The notes below the pieces were generated by a model. That model worked only from the letters and a program-made list of their open reading frames with translations, was not told the origin of the DNA and searched no databases. 64,000 nucleotides of DNA. It comes from Eledone cirrhosa. Lineage: Eukaryota. Numbering within the stretch: the stretch's first letter is position 1; every line of letters starts with the position of its first letter. The stretch spans positions 14,942,001 through 15,006,000 of the forward strand of contig OZ024761.1 of assembly GCA_964016885.1 (NCBI GenBank). Reading direction: 5' to 3'. Positions 1 through 15,006 of the stretch are shown piece by piece. The translations under genes were made by a program, and so were the position numbers.

Positions 1-466
1 CCCTCACACACACACACATACACATACATATATACATACTCTGTCTTGCACGCATACATGCCTACATACTCACACACGCATATACACTCCTACACACTCT
101 CGCACATAAACATACTCACACATGCAGACATACACACACCACACACTATTAGACCAATATTTCTGCTTGTGGTAATCCTAGAATCTTTAGAATAACGCTC
201 TGTCTCTCTTGACATATACACACACCTGTGGAAACTATATTTATATGTGTGTAGATATATTTGTGTATATGGATATATATATGTGTGTATACATGTGTGT
301 AGATGTTTGTGTGTGCACATGTATATACATGTTTATATGTATCCATGTGTATACATATCCATTTGTATATGTGATGTATGTGCTTGTATGTGTGTGGATA
401 CATGTATGTATATGTTTATGTGTGCACATGTATGTACATGTGCGTATGTGTGTCTATGTATATCTT

Positions 467-498
<32 letters not shown>

Positions 499-655
499 CA
501 CAAAGATATACATGTACACACATACGCACATGTACATACAGATGTGTATATATATATATATATATATACACAAAGATATACATGTACACACGTACGCACA
601 TGTACATACAGATGTGTATATATATATATATATATATATACACATCTGTATGTGA

Positions 656-686
<31 letters not shown>

Positions 687-1164
687 GTGTATGTATGTAT
701 GTGTTTTTTTGTGTGTGTGTGCGTATATATATATATATGTTTTTGTGTGTGTGCATATCCATGTATATATTTGTGTATGTATATCTATGAATCTGTATGT
801 ATATGTGATGCATATGCTTGTAGGTATGTGTATATGTGTGTATATGTGTGTATATGAATATATGTTTTTGTGTGTGTATGTCTGCCACAAGTAGGTCACA
901 TTTGGACTGGCCTTGTGGAAACTGAAGAGGATGTATAGGCAGTCAGTAATAAGTTGTTGCCTGTCAGATCAATTTCTCAACCAAACCCACCCCGCTCGTG
1001 TCACCCGCACACCACAACTAACCACCCACAAACCCACACCACACATACCTTTTCCACCCACCAATGTCTTGTGTATATGTATGTCTCTGAGTGTTGGCCT
1101 ATGTGTCTATGTGTGTGTCTGAGTGTGGACCTATATGTCTATGTATGTGAGTGTGAGCATGTGT

Positions 1165-1545
1165 GTGTGTGTGTCTGAGTGTGGGCCTATGTGCCCATGT
1201 GTGTGTCTGAGTGTTGACCGATGTGTGTCTGAGTGTGGGCCTATGTGCCCATGTGTGTGTCTGAGTGTTGACCGATGTGTGTCTGAGTGTGGGCCTATGT
1301 GCCCATGTGTGTGTCTGAGTGTTGACCGATGTGTGTCTGAGTGTGGGCCTATGTGCCCATGTGTGTGTCTGAGTGTTGACCGATGTGTGTCTGAGTGTGG
1401 GCCTATGTGCCCATGTGTGTGTCTGAGTGTTGACCGATGTGTGTCTGAGTGTGGGCCTATGTGCCCATGTGTGTGTCTGAGTGTTGACCGATGTGTGTCT
1501 GAGTGTGGGCCTATGTGCCCATGTGTGTGTCTGAGTGTTGACCTA
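1165..1545. repeat. 54-bp minisatellite, about 7 copies
   Basis: gtgtgtctgagtgtgggcctatgtgcccatgtgtgtgtctgagtgttgaccgat; 18-aa period in the ORF track. Confidence 0.9.
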
Positions 1546-2442
1546 TGTGTGTGTGTGTATGTGTATCTGAATGTGGGCATATGTGTTCATGTGTGTGTGT
1601 GTGTTTGAGTGTGTGCATATGTGTCTGTGTGTGTGCATCTGAGTGTGGGCCTATGTGTGTGTGTGTGTGTGTGTGTGTGAGTGTGGGCCTGTGTGTGTGT
1701 CTGTGTGTGGACCTGTGTCTGAGTGTGGGCCTATGTGTGTGTGTGTGTGTGTGTGGGGGCCTGTGTGGGTGTGTGTCTGAGTGTGGACTTGTGTCTATGT
1801 GTGTGTCTGAGTGTGGGCCTGTGTGAGTGTGGACCTGTGTGGGTGTGTGTGTGTCTGAGTGTAGGCATATGTGTGTGCATGAGTGTGGGCCTGTGTCTGT
1901 GTGTGTCTGTAGAAATTGACTAGATGGCATAACTTTGTTGGAACTCTTCCAGGTTTCATGATGAATGCACTAATCTACACCCACTCTATAAAGTTAAGTT
2001 ATACACATTGCCACTGTGGGTGTATATATGTGTGTATATATTTATACACACGCATATATATATATATATATATATAATCAAATACAATCTGTTGTTTCAT
2101 ATTATTTCTACTTAACACGTATTTTCTTTACTCAAAACACACATACACACACATATGTGTGTGTATGTGTGTATATATGTATATTTATATATATGTATGT
2201 ATACACACACACACTGCAAGTGGGCACTACATGTATATGTGTGTGGGTATATATATATGTATATATACACACACACCACAAGTGGGTGTACATGTGTGTA
2301 TGTGTCTCTATCCATTCTATCATGTTTTCTTTAGTAGCCATTATGAAAACCAAACATTTCATTACATTCACATATCTATAGCAGCCATTGTATACACATG
2401 GTGATGATTATATTTATGTGTATGAGTGTGTGTGTGTATATA

Positions 2443-2484
<42 letters not shown>

Positions 2485-2489
2485 GTATG

Positions 2490-2850
2490 TATGTCCCACC
2501 ATCTCAGTACCAACAATATGTGACTATATCCCACCATCCCAGTATTCCAGTACCAGCAATGTGTGACTATATCCCACCATCCCAGTACCAGCAATGTGTG
2601 ACTATATCCCACCATTCCAGTACCAACAATATGTGACTATATCCCACCATCCCAGTATTCCAGTAACAACAATATGTGACTATATCCCAGTATTCCAGTA
2701 CCAGCAATGTGTGACTATATCACACCATCCCAGTATTCCAGTACCAACAATATGTGACTATATCCCACCAACCCAGTATTCCAGTACCAGCAATGTGTGA
2801 CTATATCCCATCAACCCAGTACCAACAATGTTTGACTATATCCTACCAGA
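2490..2850. repeat. Variable-length (~33-43 bp) minisatellite
   Basis: gtgactatatcccaccatcccagtattccagtaccagcaat units. Confidence 0.85.
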
Positions 2851-2904
2851 TATATCTGTCAAGGTCTACACTTTTTATCTTTTTCCAGGTTTACTTGAGA
2901 TATA

Positions 2905-2936
<32 letters not shown>

Positions 2937-3631
2937 CCAGTATTCTGTTTTTAAACACATGACTTCATATAAACATGCGATGCACGCTCTCTCTCTCTCT
3001 TCCTCTCTCATGCGCACACACATCAGTCTGTATGTAATCTTTTTGATACCGACTCCCCTAAATCATCCCAGGTTCTATGAAACAAAACAGTGTATTTTAA
3101 AGTGTTTATATTTATCTAAAAACCTTCCATCATAATTTTATGTAAGATCTTTTATGTTATGTTCCAAATAGCGACTTAACAAGAAAGTTATTTTACTCAA
3201 TGTTTGCAAATTCTTGATTATTTTCAAAACTATTTGAAAATTATAAGCAGTGATTTTTATTGGAAATCAGCCTAGGCTTCACTATTTACCAGACTAAAAA
3301 GGGCAAACTGTCAAAGTATTGGCTGTTGTCTGATAGGTTTGTGGTTGAGCTGATAGCAGTGGAGACTTCCGATGTTCTTGGCCTCCCTAACCACATCCCT
3401 ATACACCGCTATCAGAGCAGAGTCGACTACCCACTAATGTGAAGTAGAATGGTTCTTCCAGCACGTCTTCCTCGCCATTCTCCGGGGACTACATCTTCTC
3501 CATCCTTGTTTGCTGGGACCACGAGGTGGACTGACCCTTGAACAATGAATGATAAATACAGATCACACACAAACACACATACATACAGATCACACACATA
3601 CAGTAAACACTAACAGTTACTGTTATTTGTT

Positions 3632-3854
3632 TTAACCTTCTGGGCGCTCTAGGTGCAATATGTCACCGATATTGCCTGGTCCCGTAACTCCTGATAGAGT
3701 TGTAGGGGCGCCATATTGACATATGACGTTTCTTGGGCAATTTAAGTCTCGTGGATCCCAACCCTCTCCTAGCGATAGAGTAATCTCCCCTTAATACATA
3801 ATGCAGTGTCAAGGGAAGCAATTCATTAAAAAAATTCAGCGTGCCAAAGGTTAA
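3632..3854. mobile_element. TTAA-flanked MITE (piggyBac-like)
   Basis: ttaa-CCTTCTGGGCGCT ... AGCGTGCCAAAGG-ttaa: imperfect TIRs with TTAA at both ends. Related remnant near 27488-27603. Confidence 0.6.
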
Positions 3855-3967
3855 TAAGGATATTTCAGTTTCTTTCTTCTTTTTTTTTTGTATCTTCTGA
3901 CTTTTTTATATTTCCTTCCATAAATATCCTTTGTTTTTCAATACAAGTCATTACCATGATTTACTAA

Positions 3968-4171
<204 letters not shown>

Positions 4172-4574
4172 TGACATATCCTTGAGTCTTACTGTTCTGA
4201 CATGTCTTAGTATTACAGCATATCCTTGACTTACTGTTGTGATACATCCTTGTCTTACAGTTGTGGCATGTCTTAGTTTCTTACTATTTTGACGTCTTAG
4301 TTTCTTCCTGTCATGACATGTTTTAGTATTGTGTCATGAGTAAGCTTACCTGATATATGTGGTAGTGGTGATGGTGGTGGTAGTGGTGAATGATAATCAT
4401 GGTGGGTTGGGGTTGTGGTGGTGGCAGGGAGTAGTAGTGATGATGGTGTTGATGGGGTGTAGTGGTGACAATTGTGGTGGTGGTTTTTGTTGTTTTACTC
4501 TGTTTAACTGTTATGATGTAGAAGAAAATGAACAAAATTTACTAACCAGCCAATCATCCAGCAGTAGGCAGACT

Positions 4575-4922
4575 GTAATGGTATTAACACCAGAAAAGGT
4601 GTCAGAGAATGACAAAGCAACCATTCTCTGGGATATGCCAATACATACAGACAGAGATCAAGACCAACCGACCAGATATTACAGTCAAAGACCACAAAGA
4701 AAAAAAATGCCTTCTAATAGATGTATCATCAATCCCCACAGATGACAATATATCTTACAAGGAAATAGAGAAACTCTCTAAATATAAAGATCTAGAGATA
4801 ATAATAGGTGCTCTAGGAATGATAAAAACACAGAGACAAATACATAGCCCAAACCTCAGAACTTAAAAATATATACAGCATACAAAAAATAGTACTGCTA
4901 GGCACTGCACACATATTACGAA
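4575..4922 (+). mobile_element. Degenerate RLE-type non-LTR retrotransposon 3' fragment
   Basis: ILWDMPIHTD / NRPDITVKD / CLLIDVS / EKLSKYKDL / IIGALGMIK, interrupted by frameshifts. Confidence 0.8.
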
Positions 4923-5019
4923 ACAACAATAGAAACAACATCAGCAACAACTACGCTGTTCATACCCAAGGCACACAGAACTGTGCTCAGTAAAGCAGTA
5001 ATGATGCACAATAATAAAA

Positions 5020-5835
5020 TGTGATGAGAAATGGAGTAAATCCAAAGTGCCGATTCTGCAATGTTGAGGTTGAAACAGTGGACCACCTAGTTTCTGGATG
5101 TAAAGCTTTAGCCCCAGTAGAGTACAAATATAGACATGACAGAGTTGGCCAATATCTACACTGCGTAATATGACGGCATCATTAAATCAAAGCTGCTGAC
5201 AAGTGGTACAATCATCACCCTGAGGCTGTAACTGAAGGAGAAAAAAATAAACAATTATTTGGGACTTTCCTGTACATACTCACCGGACCATAAAAGCTAA
5301 CAGACCAGATATAATTGTAAAATACCAACATAACAAGGTCTGTTTATTGATTGATATCAGCATCCCATGTGATCACAATGTCCCGGCAAAAGAATTTGAC
5401 AAGCTAAGAAAATATAAAGATCTGCTTATTGAAATTGAGAAAATGTGGCGCCTCAAGGCCGCTACAATACCAGTGATTTCGGGAGCACTGGGAATGATCA
5501 AGAAAGGAACAGAACTGTATTTGCAAATGATTCCTGTTTTACCCTCTCTGCAAGAGGTGCAAAAAATTGTTTTGACTGGCACTGCACATGTATTGAGAAG
5601 AGCACTATCCTTGTAAGAACGATATCCCCTCACCCCTTCTTTGTGTGGATGTGTGTGAGTAGAGCACCATCTCTGTAAGAATGATAAGCTGTAAATTATA
5701 TTCAATGTGGTATGTTAACTGGCTTACCAATGTACACAGTGAATTTATTTGCCGTAGGTGTCAGAAGGAAGACACTCAGCATATGAAACAATGCTGAAGG
5801 AAAAGGAAAAATAACAAAAATAATAATAATAATAA
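5020..5835 (+). mobile_element. RLE-type (R4/Dong-like) LINE 3' end: CCHC knuckle, restriction-like endonuclease, 3' UTR
   Basis: CRFC..ETVDHLVSGC..RHD..NRPDIIVK..LIDISIP..KLRKYKDL..PVISGALG..LRRALSL, with stops; ends in (TAA)n. Confidence 0.85.
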
Positions 5836-5933
5836 TTGTTTCTACGTTTTGGCACAAGGCCAGCAATTATCCCAGTGTATTACTGGTACTTTATTTTATC
5901 GACCCCATAAGGGTGAAAGGCAAAGTTAACCTC

Positions 5934-5964
<31 letters not shown>

Positions 5965-6243
5965 TGTTTCTACTTTAGGCACAAGGCCAGCAAATACCCA
6001 GTTCATTACTGGTACTTTATTTTATCGACCCCCCGTAAGGATGAAAGGCAAAGTTAACCTCGGCGGGATTTGAATTCAGATCGTAAAGGGACGTAACTAT
6101 GCTGGAAAGCATGGCGTCCGACCCTCTACCGATACTGCCAATTAATTGTTTCTACGTTTTGGCACAAGGCCAGCAATTATCCCAGTGTATTACTGGTACT
6201 TTATTTTATCGACCCCCGTAAGGATGAAAGGCAAAGTTAACCT

Positions 6244-6281
<38 letters not shown>

Positions 6282-6340
6282 TGTTTCTACTTTAGGCACA
6301 AGGCCAGCAAATACCCAGGGCATTACTGGTACTTTATAAT
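5835..6340 (-). mobile_element. Stack of partial and full SINE-B copies separated by (TAA)n
   Basis: Repeated ggcacaaggccagcaa..actggtactttattttatcgaccc blocks. Confidence 0.75.
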
Positions 6341-6581
6341 AATAATAATAATAATAATAATATGGTGATGGTAGTAATGGTAATAATAGAGCAGAGTAGG
6401 AAAGGTTGCCTATCTGGAGTTAAATAATCTGATAGTTAATCAGCTGCTGCTCTGCTATCCCTGCTGTAGTAGAAACACACACATGCCTACACATACACAT
6501 ACACTCGCCTGTGCAGACACAGCCACATACACACGCCTGTGCAGACACAGCCACATACACACGTGCCTACTCATACCCAGT

Positions 6582-6616
<35 letters not shown>

Positions 6617-7889
6617 GCCTACATAGTCACAGCCACACACACTCACACATACACGTGCACACACACACATATGCCTACATAGTTACAGCCATACACACAC
6701 ACACACATGCCTACATAGTCACAGCCACACACACACATATGCCTACATAGTCACAGCCACATACACACACACACATGCCTATGCATTCAGTTTTCCCCTA
6801 ACACACAAACACATGCCTACACATATATACACACACACGCTCCTATACATTCACAGCTTTCCTCCGCAAACACGCGCGCGCTCACACACAGATTTATATA
6901 CATATGTTCCTACACATACATATACTCACACACACATGCACTCTCTCTCTCTCACACACACCAAGATAGATATATACCCCCAACAGAGTTTGCTTCCTGT
7001 TTGCTATAAAACCAACATGGCTGCTGTCCCTCACATCTGTACAGATTTAGAATTGAAGAAACAAAAACACACAAAATAAACAAGAATCTAGCCAGGGTTT
7101 GCTGTTATGTCTTATGCTGATTACTCCTTCCTTCCTTCCTTCCATTACTTATCTCCCCCTTCCGACCTGACATTCTTCACCTCAACCACCAGGTGGTACC
7201 TTCACCTGGTGGCTAGCTCAACCTCACTAGAAATAGCAGCCAATTCTTGTGCTCAAAATCAACACACACACACACACACCTTGTCGGTTTTATACAGGGA
7301 AGGAAGGGCAACTGAAAATCATCATCATCATCATCATTTAATGTCCATTTTCCCTGCTGGCAAGGGTTAGATGGGTCATCACTGCCAGAGACAGCACCCA
7401 AGCAGAGCTACTGACCTCTCAGATGAGACAGAGCCTGTATCTTGTCTTGCTTACATACCAGCATTATGGAGGTTGTTATGTCTTTACACAGCTGAAGGAG
7501 GCCTGTATCTTGCTTATGTACCAGCACTAGGAAGGTTGTTATGTCTTTGTCACAGCTGAAGGTAGACTGCTGACTCTTTGCTTGTCAGGTTTTCTCCAGC
7601 TAGATGACCTTCCTATCACCAACCATTATACAGAGTGTACTGGGTTACATTTTATCATAGCCCCAGCATTAGGAAGGTTTTCATGTTCTTGACACACAAC
7701 CGAAGAGCTCTCTCAACACTTTGTTTGGCCATTGGTTGATAAAATAAAGTACCAGTCAACTACTGGCGTTGATAAAATAAAGTACCAGTCATGTACTGGG
7801 GGGGGGGTTTAGATATAATTGACTTACTCCTCCTCATCATCCTTCTCTAAATTACTGGCCTTGTGCCTTAAAATGAGTAACCAATATAA

Positions 7890-8795
<906 letters not shown>

Positions 8796-8944
8796 TAATG
8801 TGCCCTGAAGCTGTGTGTGCAATGCAGTGCATGTGTATGCACACTGCAAGTGTATGTGCACTACACTACAGAGCAAACAGTAAAAAAATGAACTTAACAT
8901 CCTGTAATGATTTAGCAGTAAATATCTAAAGACAGCTTTGTTAA

Positions 8945-9640
8945 TTCAAATGTTTATAGTGTCTTTACTAGTGGACAGATTGTTGTGAAGATTTGCATTA
9001 TTAGAGTAAAGACCGAGGGCGGTGGATTGGCAGTATTGGTAGAGGGTCGGACGACATGCTTTGCAGCATAGAGTTGCGGCCCTTTATGATCTGAGTTCAA
9101 ATCCCACCGAGGTTAACTTTGCCTTTCATCCTTAAGGGGTCGATAAAATAAAGTACCAGTCATGCACTGGGGTCAATATAATCGACTTTCCCTGCCCCCA
9201 AAATTGGTGGCCTTGTGCCTATATAAGAAACCATTATTAGAGTAAAGACTTTAAGTGTTAATGTGATGCAGTCATAGTGATGTTTTATCCTAAATGTTTA
9301 TAGTGTCTTTACTAGAGGACAGATTGTTGTGAAAATTTACATTATTAGAGTAAAGACTTTAAGTGTTAATGTGATGCAGTCATAGTGATGTTTTATCCTA
9401 AATGTTTATAGTGTCTTTTACTAGAGAACAGATTGTTGTGAAAATTTACATTATTAGAGTAAAGACTTTAAGTGTTAATATGATGCAGTCATAGTGATGT
9501 TTTATCCTAAATGTTTATAGTGTCTTTACTAGAGGACAGATTGTTGTGAAAATTTACATTATTAGAGTAAAGACTTTAAGTGTTAATGTGATGCAGTTAT
9601 AGCGATGTTTTGTCCTAAGTGATTAGAGTATCTTTACTAG
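8945..9640. repeat. ~108-bp tandem repeat, first unit interrupted by SINE-B
   Basis: taaatgtttatagtgtc recurs at 9291, 9399 and 9508. Confidence 0.85.
9014..9239 (+). mobile_element. SINE family B with target-site duplication
   Basis: gggcggtggattggcag..gagttcaaatcc..gcctttcatcc..gtcgataaaataaagtaccag..ggccttgtgcc; cattattagagtaaagac on both sides. Confidence 0.8.
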
Positions 9641-9767
9641 TGATAGGGCTATGTTTTTTTTTTTTCAAGGATGTCTTGCTAATACAGTTTCATGTGATTT
9701 CGGATGTTAAGAGTTAACTTGATTTGTCTACGACCTCTATAAAACAGTGGAAATGTAGGGATAAAGG

Positions 9768-9821
<54 letters not shown>

Positions 9822-10360
9822 ATGTATATGTATGTATACCCTTGCAAGCAGAGAAAAGTGGACATAAAATGATGATGATGATGATGATGTATATATGTAT
9901 ATATATATATGTATGTGTATGTATACCCTTGCAAGCAGGGAAAAACGGACGTAAAATGATGATGTATATATGTATGTATATGTGTGTGTGCGTATGTGTG
10001 TATATCTTCATCATTTAATGTTTTCTGTGTGTGTGTGTGTGTTGGAAGGAATGTTCTTTAGTGGCACAGTAAAGTGCCAACTCATTAAGAGTTGCTTAAC
10101 GATATTCATTATTATATCTAAAGGTTACCTCTAACGAGATTACACTTGCAATTCTGCCTATTGCCAAGACTGCATACACACACATGTATATATATATATA
10201 TACATATTGAATTTTTATATACTCTGTGTGTGTACACATAGGGCATTCGATGGTTGCTTGCATATGTTCTATATATGTATATAGTATATGTGTTTTTATA
10301 TTTTGGGTAGTTATCGAAGGTAAATAGACTGTTTACAGCAATAACAGTCTTGTTTGTCTA

Positions 10361-10391
<31 letters not shown>

Positions 10392-10492
10392 CATCATTTA
10401 ATGTCCATCTTCCACATTAGCATGGGTATATATATATGTACACACACATACATATATATATAGACTGTTTAGAGCAATAAGTCTTGTTTGTC

Positions 10493-10527
<35 letters not shown>

Positions 10528-11355
10528 CATCATTTAATGTCCATCTTCCACATTAGCATGGGTATATATATATGTACACACACACACATACATATATATA
10601 TATGTATATATATATAAAGAGAGAGTGTATATGAATGCAAGTTTTCCGGTTTGTAGATACATCAAACCCTCCCAACAAGTTTTCATGAAAACAAAATTTG
10701 AAAAGTGAGTGTGGAGGTGGGTGGTGGTGGTGGTGGGCTGGCAGTGGTAAAGAAGAATCTTTAGCCCCACAAATTGATCAGTCCCCTCCCCCTACACTTT
10801 TTCTCATTGTACCCCCACCTCGGCCCCAACTCTTCTACAAATATAGTTAATTTAATGGTTAGGTTATTTGGCAAGAATATTTTCAAAACTCATTGTGAAC
10901 CGGGGCCGAATATATTTGGCAGGATATTCGAAAGTTAACTTGCTTGCGAAAAACCTTTGCCTTTAGGGGACTTTTGGGGGAGAGTGGGGGCCAGATTTAA
11001 AGATAAAAACCTGTTAAAGAAATATTTCTCTCTCTTTCTCTCACCCCCACAGGATAATTGATAGTTTCAATAAGATCATTGGTGAGGGGGGGGGGGGGTA
11101 GGAATGGCAGGGAGCTTCTGTGGGGTTGAAGTTTTAAGCCTGCCTTCCAATCATGGTTGCCAGATATCTATATCTCCTGAAATCTAAAAGTGCAAAATAA
11201 GTCTTAAGGGGCTTAAACTTGTTTTAGGTGGGATGCTAAGGAAATTGTGAATGTTGCCTGTAACTTTGTTGTTCTCCTTTTATGGTCATATCATCATCAT
11301 CATCATTACTAATCTCAGATTATATATATATATATATGAGTGTGTGATATGTGTG

Positions 11356-11406
<51 letters not shown>

Positions 11407-11684
11407 ATATATATATATACACACATATCACACACTCATATATATATATATATATATATAATATATATATATAGCCATAACTGAGATTAGTAATGATGAT
11501 GATGATGATATGACCATAAAAGGAGAACAACAGTAATAATAAATGTGAAGACTAAAATCCGAAGAGGGCTCGATAAGGATTATATATAATATATATATAT
11601 AAACCCGTAGAACAAATATCTTCAGAAGATCCCGTTAAGGGTGAAAGCAGCGATTCTTTACTTAAACTTTAATCGGTTTTTATA

Positions 11685-11745
<61 letters not shown>

Positions 11746-12078
11746 TGGAGGCACATGGCTTAGTGGTTAGAGCATTGGCCTTGCAAAGGTTGTGAGTTCA
11801 ATTCTCAGACCGGGTGATGTGTTGTTTCCTTGAGCAAGACACTTTATTTCACATTGCTCCAGTTTACTCAGCTGTAGAAATGAGATGATAGGGACTGGGG
11901 CCCATATCATTCCACTGCAAAGTGGTCGTGTAGGTGCCACGGCAAAAAAGCACCCAGCACTCACTGTAAATGAGGTTGGTGTTAGGAAGGGCATCCAGCT
12001 GTAGAAAGCAAGCCAAAATCAGTTCCCGTCCCACCCTTGCAAGCAGGGAAAAGCGGACGTAAAATGATGATGATGATG
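11746..12078 (+). mobile_element. SINE family A (tRNA-like head, ccttgagcaagacact core, LINE-like tail)
   Basis: A box tggcttagtgg, B box gagttcaatt, tail ggacgtaaaatgatgatg; near-identical copies elsewhere in the window. Confidence 0.85.
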
Positions 12079-12079
12079 A

Positions 12080-12258
12080 ATGTGAACTCTCAGAATTGGC
12101 ACATATTGAGTAGGGGACCCCTGGGGGCAGGAACCCCCTTTTGGAAAAAGCTGATGATTTTGTAAAAGTATAGTTTTCGAAGCAGCACTGAAGTATTGAC
12201 ATAAATGGTATACATAACTGCTATTTAATACCCGAGCAACGCTGGGTACCTCTGCTAG
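12080..12258 (+). mobile_element. Helitron-like 3' end
   Basis: Subterminal hairpin tacccgagcaacgctgggta followed by ctctgCTAG-T. Confidence 0.5.
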
Positions 12259-12473
12259 TGTATGTATATAGTAAGAGATTCATCTTCTTAAGACTGTTTT
12301 AATTAGCCTGTAATGTGTCTGCAATTTTGAACAGCCACCATTAATATTTATATATTTAATAAATTATTAAATTTGCTAAGGTAAGATTCTATTGTTATTT
12401 TATCAATTTTAATTTTTTAGTGCATTGTATGGTTTTCAAAATTATTCAAATTTGTGTATATATATATGTATAT

Positions 12474-12790
12474 ATCATCATCATCACCGTTTTACGTTCG
12501 TTCTTCCATGCTAGCATGGGTTAGACGGGTTGTCCTGTTGTGGGCAGTGTCTGGTCGGCTGACCATGCCTTGCTCATACAGGAACTGATTCTGGCTTGAT
12601 TTCTACAGCTGGATGCCCTTCCTAACACCAACCTCATTTACAGTGAGTGCTGGGTGCTTTTTTTCCGTGGCGCCTACACGTCCACTTTACAGTGTGGGCT
12701 GGGTGCTTTTTTGCCCTGGCACCTCCACGACCACCTTGCAGTGGGAGGGTGTGGGGGGGCATATTGTCTATATGCTTCAGCTTGTACCTA
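12474..12790 (-). mobile_element. SINE-A/RTE tail-type element
   Basis: Shares the aggaagggcatccagctgtagaaatc block; nearly identical to 55226-55579. Confidence 0.75.
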
Positions 12791-12866
12791 TGTACATATA
12801 TATATGTATATATATATGTATATATATATATATATGTAATAATAATAAATTTGAAGACTAATTTTA

Positions 12867-12929
<63 letters not shown>

Positions 12930-12963
12930 CATATATATGTATATATATGTATATATATATATG

Positions 12964-13009
<46 letters not shown>

Positions 13010-13013
13010 TATG

Positions 13014-13045
<32 letters not shown>

Positions 13046-13097
13046 TATGTATATATATGTATATGTATGTATATATACATATATATGTATATGTATG

Positions 13098-13128
<31 letters not shown>

Positions 13129-13274
13129 ATATATTATGTTATAAAGAACCAGTTAAGTACAGAGGGGAGGAAAGGGGGGGGGGGCGTTGACATAATCAAC
13201 CCCCACCATCTTCTCCTTCCTCCTCTCTTTCTCTAAATTGCTGACCTTGTGCCAATGTTAGAAAATCATTCTAA

Positions 13275-13835
<561 letters not shown>

Positions 13836-14974
13836 TGATATATATATGTATTTGTATATATATATATATTTGTATATATATATATATATATTTGTATATA
13901 TATATATATATATTTGTATACATATATATATTTGTATGCATATATATTTGTATGTATGATATATATATGTACTTGTATATATATATATTTGTATATATAT
14001 TTGTATGTATGACATATGTATATATTTGTATATGTATATATTTGTATATATATATATATTTGCATATGTATATATATATATATATATATATATTTGTATA
14101 TATATATATATTTGTATATATATATATTTATATATATATAATTTACTTGTTGCTACCAACTGGTTTGCAATTGGAATGAAAATATAATTAGGAGAATCAT
14201 TGTTTTTCTATTAGATCTTATTTTTATCCCTCTATTTCTTCTTCAACCATCTAATTACCACACCATCCAGCATGGCTGTATTCTAATGACTGAAAGCAGT
14301 AATAAACATTGAAAGAAAGAAAAAGAAAGCCCCCCTACTCCAAATTAACCACCCACACGTCTTCTTCTTCTTCTTCTTCTTCTTCTTCTTCTTCTTTTTC
14401 TTTTTCTTTTTCTTTTTTTTTATTTTTATTTTTATTTTTATTTTTCTTCTTCTTCTTCTTCTTCTTCTTCTTCTTCTTCTTCTTCTTCTTCTTCTTCTTC
14501 TTCTTCTTCTTCTTCTTCTTCTCCTCCTCCTCCTCCTCCTCCTCCTCGTCCTCCTCCTCCTCCCACTTAGTCCTGAAAGTCCTCAAACACTCCTGTCAGC
14601 AGCAACCATCTCCTACTACCTGGCTGGATCCCCAAGCGACACCTGCCAAGCTCATTCGTGTTATGCAACCATCTTGCTCATTTTAAGGTGTTTATATTTT
14701 ATCTGAACATCTTCGATCATAATTTTATGTATTCAACCCCCCCCCCCCCCCAAAAAAAAACCCTTTATTGTTTTATGTTCCGAACAAAAGGGTTCTTATC
14801 AAAATAAGATGTATGTGTGTGTGTGTCCCTGCCTTGCAAACCATAAATTGACTCCAATATGGGTGGTTGTCCACCAGTTCCTAATATCTTTCTACGCTTT
14901 CTTGTACATTAAATATTAAAGGCCCTTTCCCACCATCTTCTCTGCAAATTAAATCCATAAATTTCACGCGCGCA

Positions 14975-15006
<32 letters not shown>

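Noticed and set aside
14335-14586. PolyK/E ORF
   Set aside because: (TCT)n/(TCC)n trinucleotide repeat.
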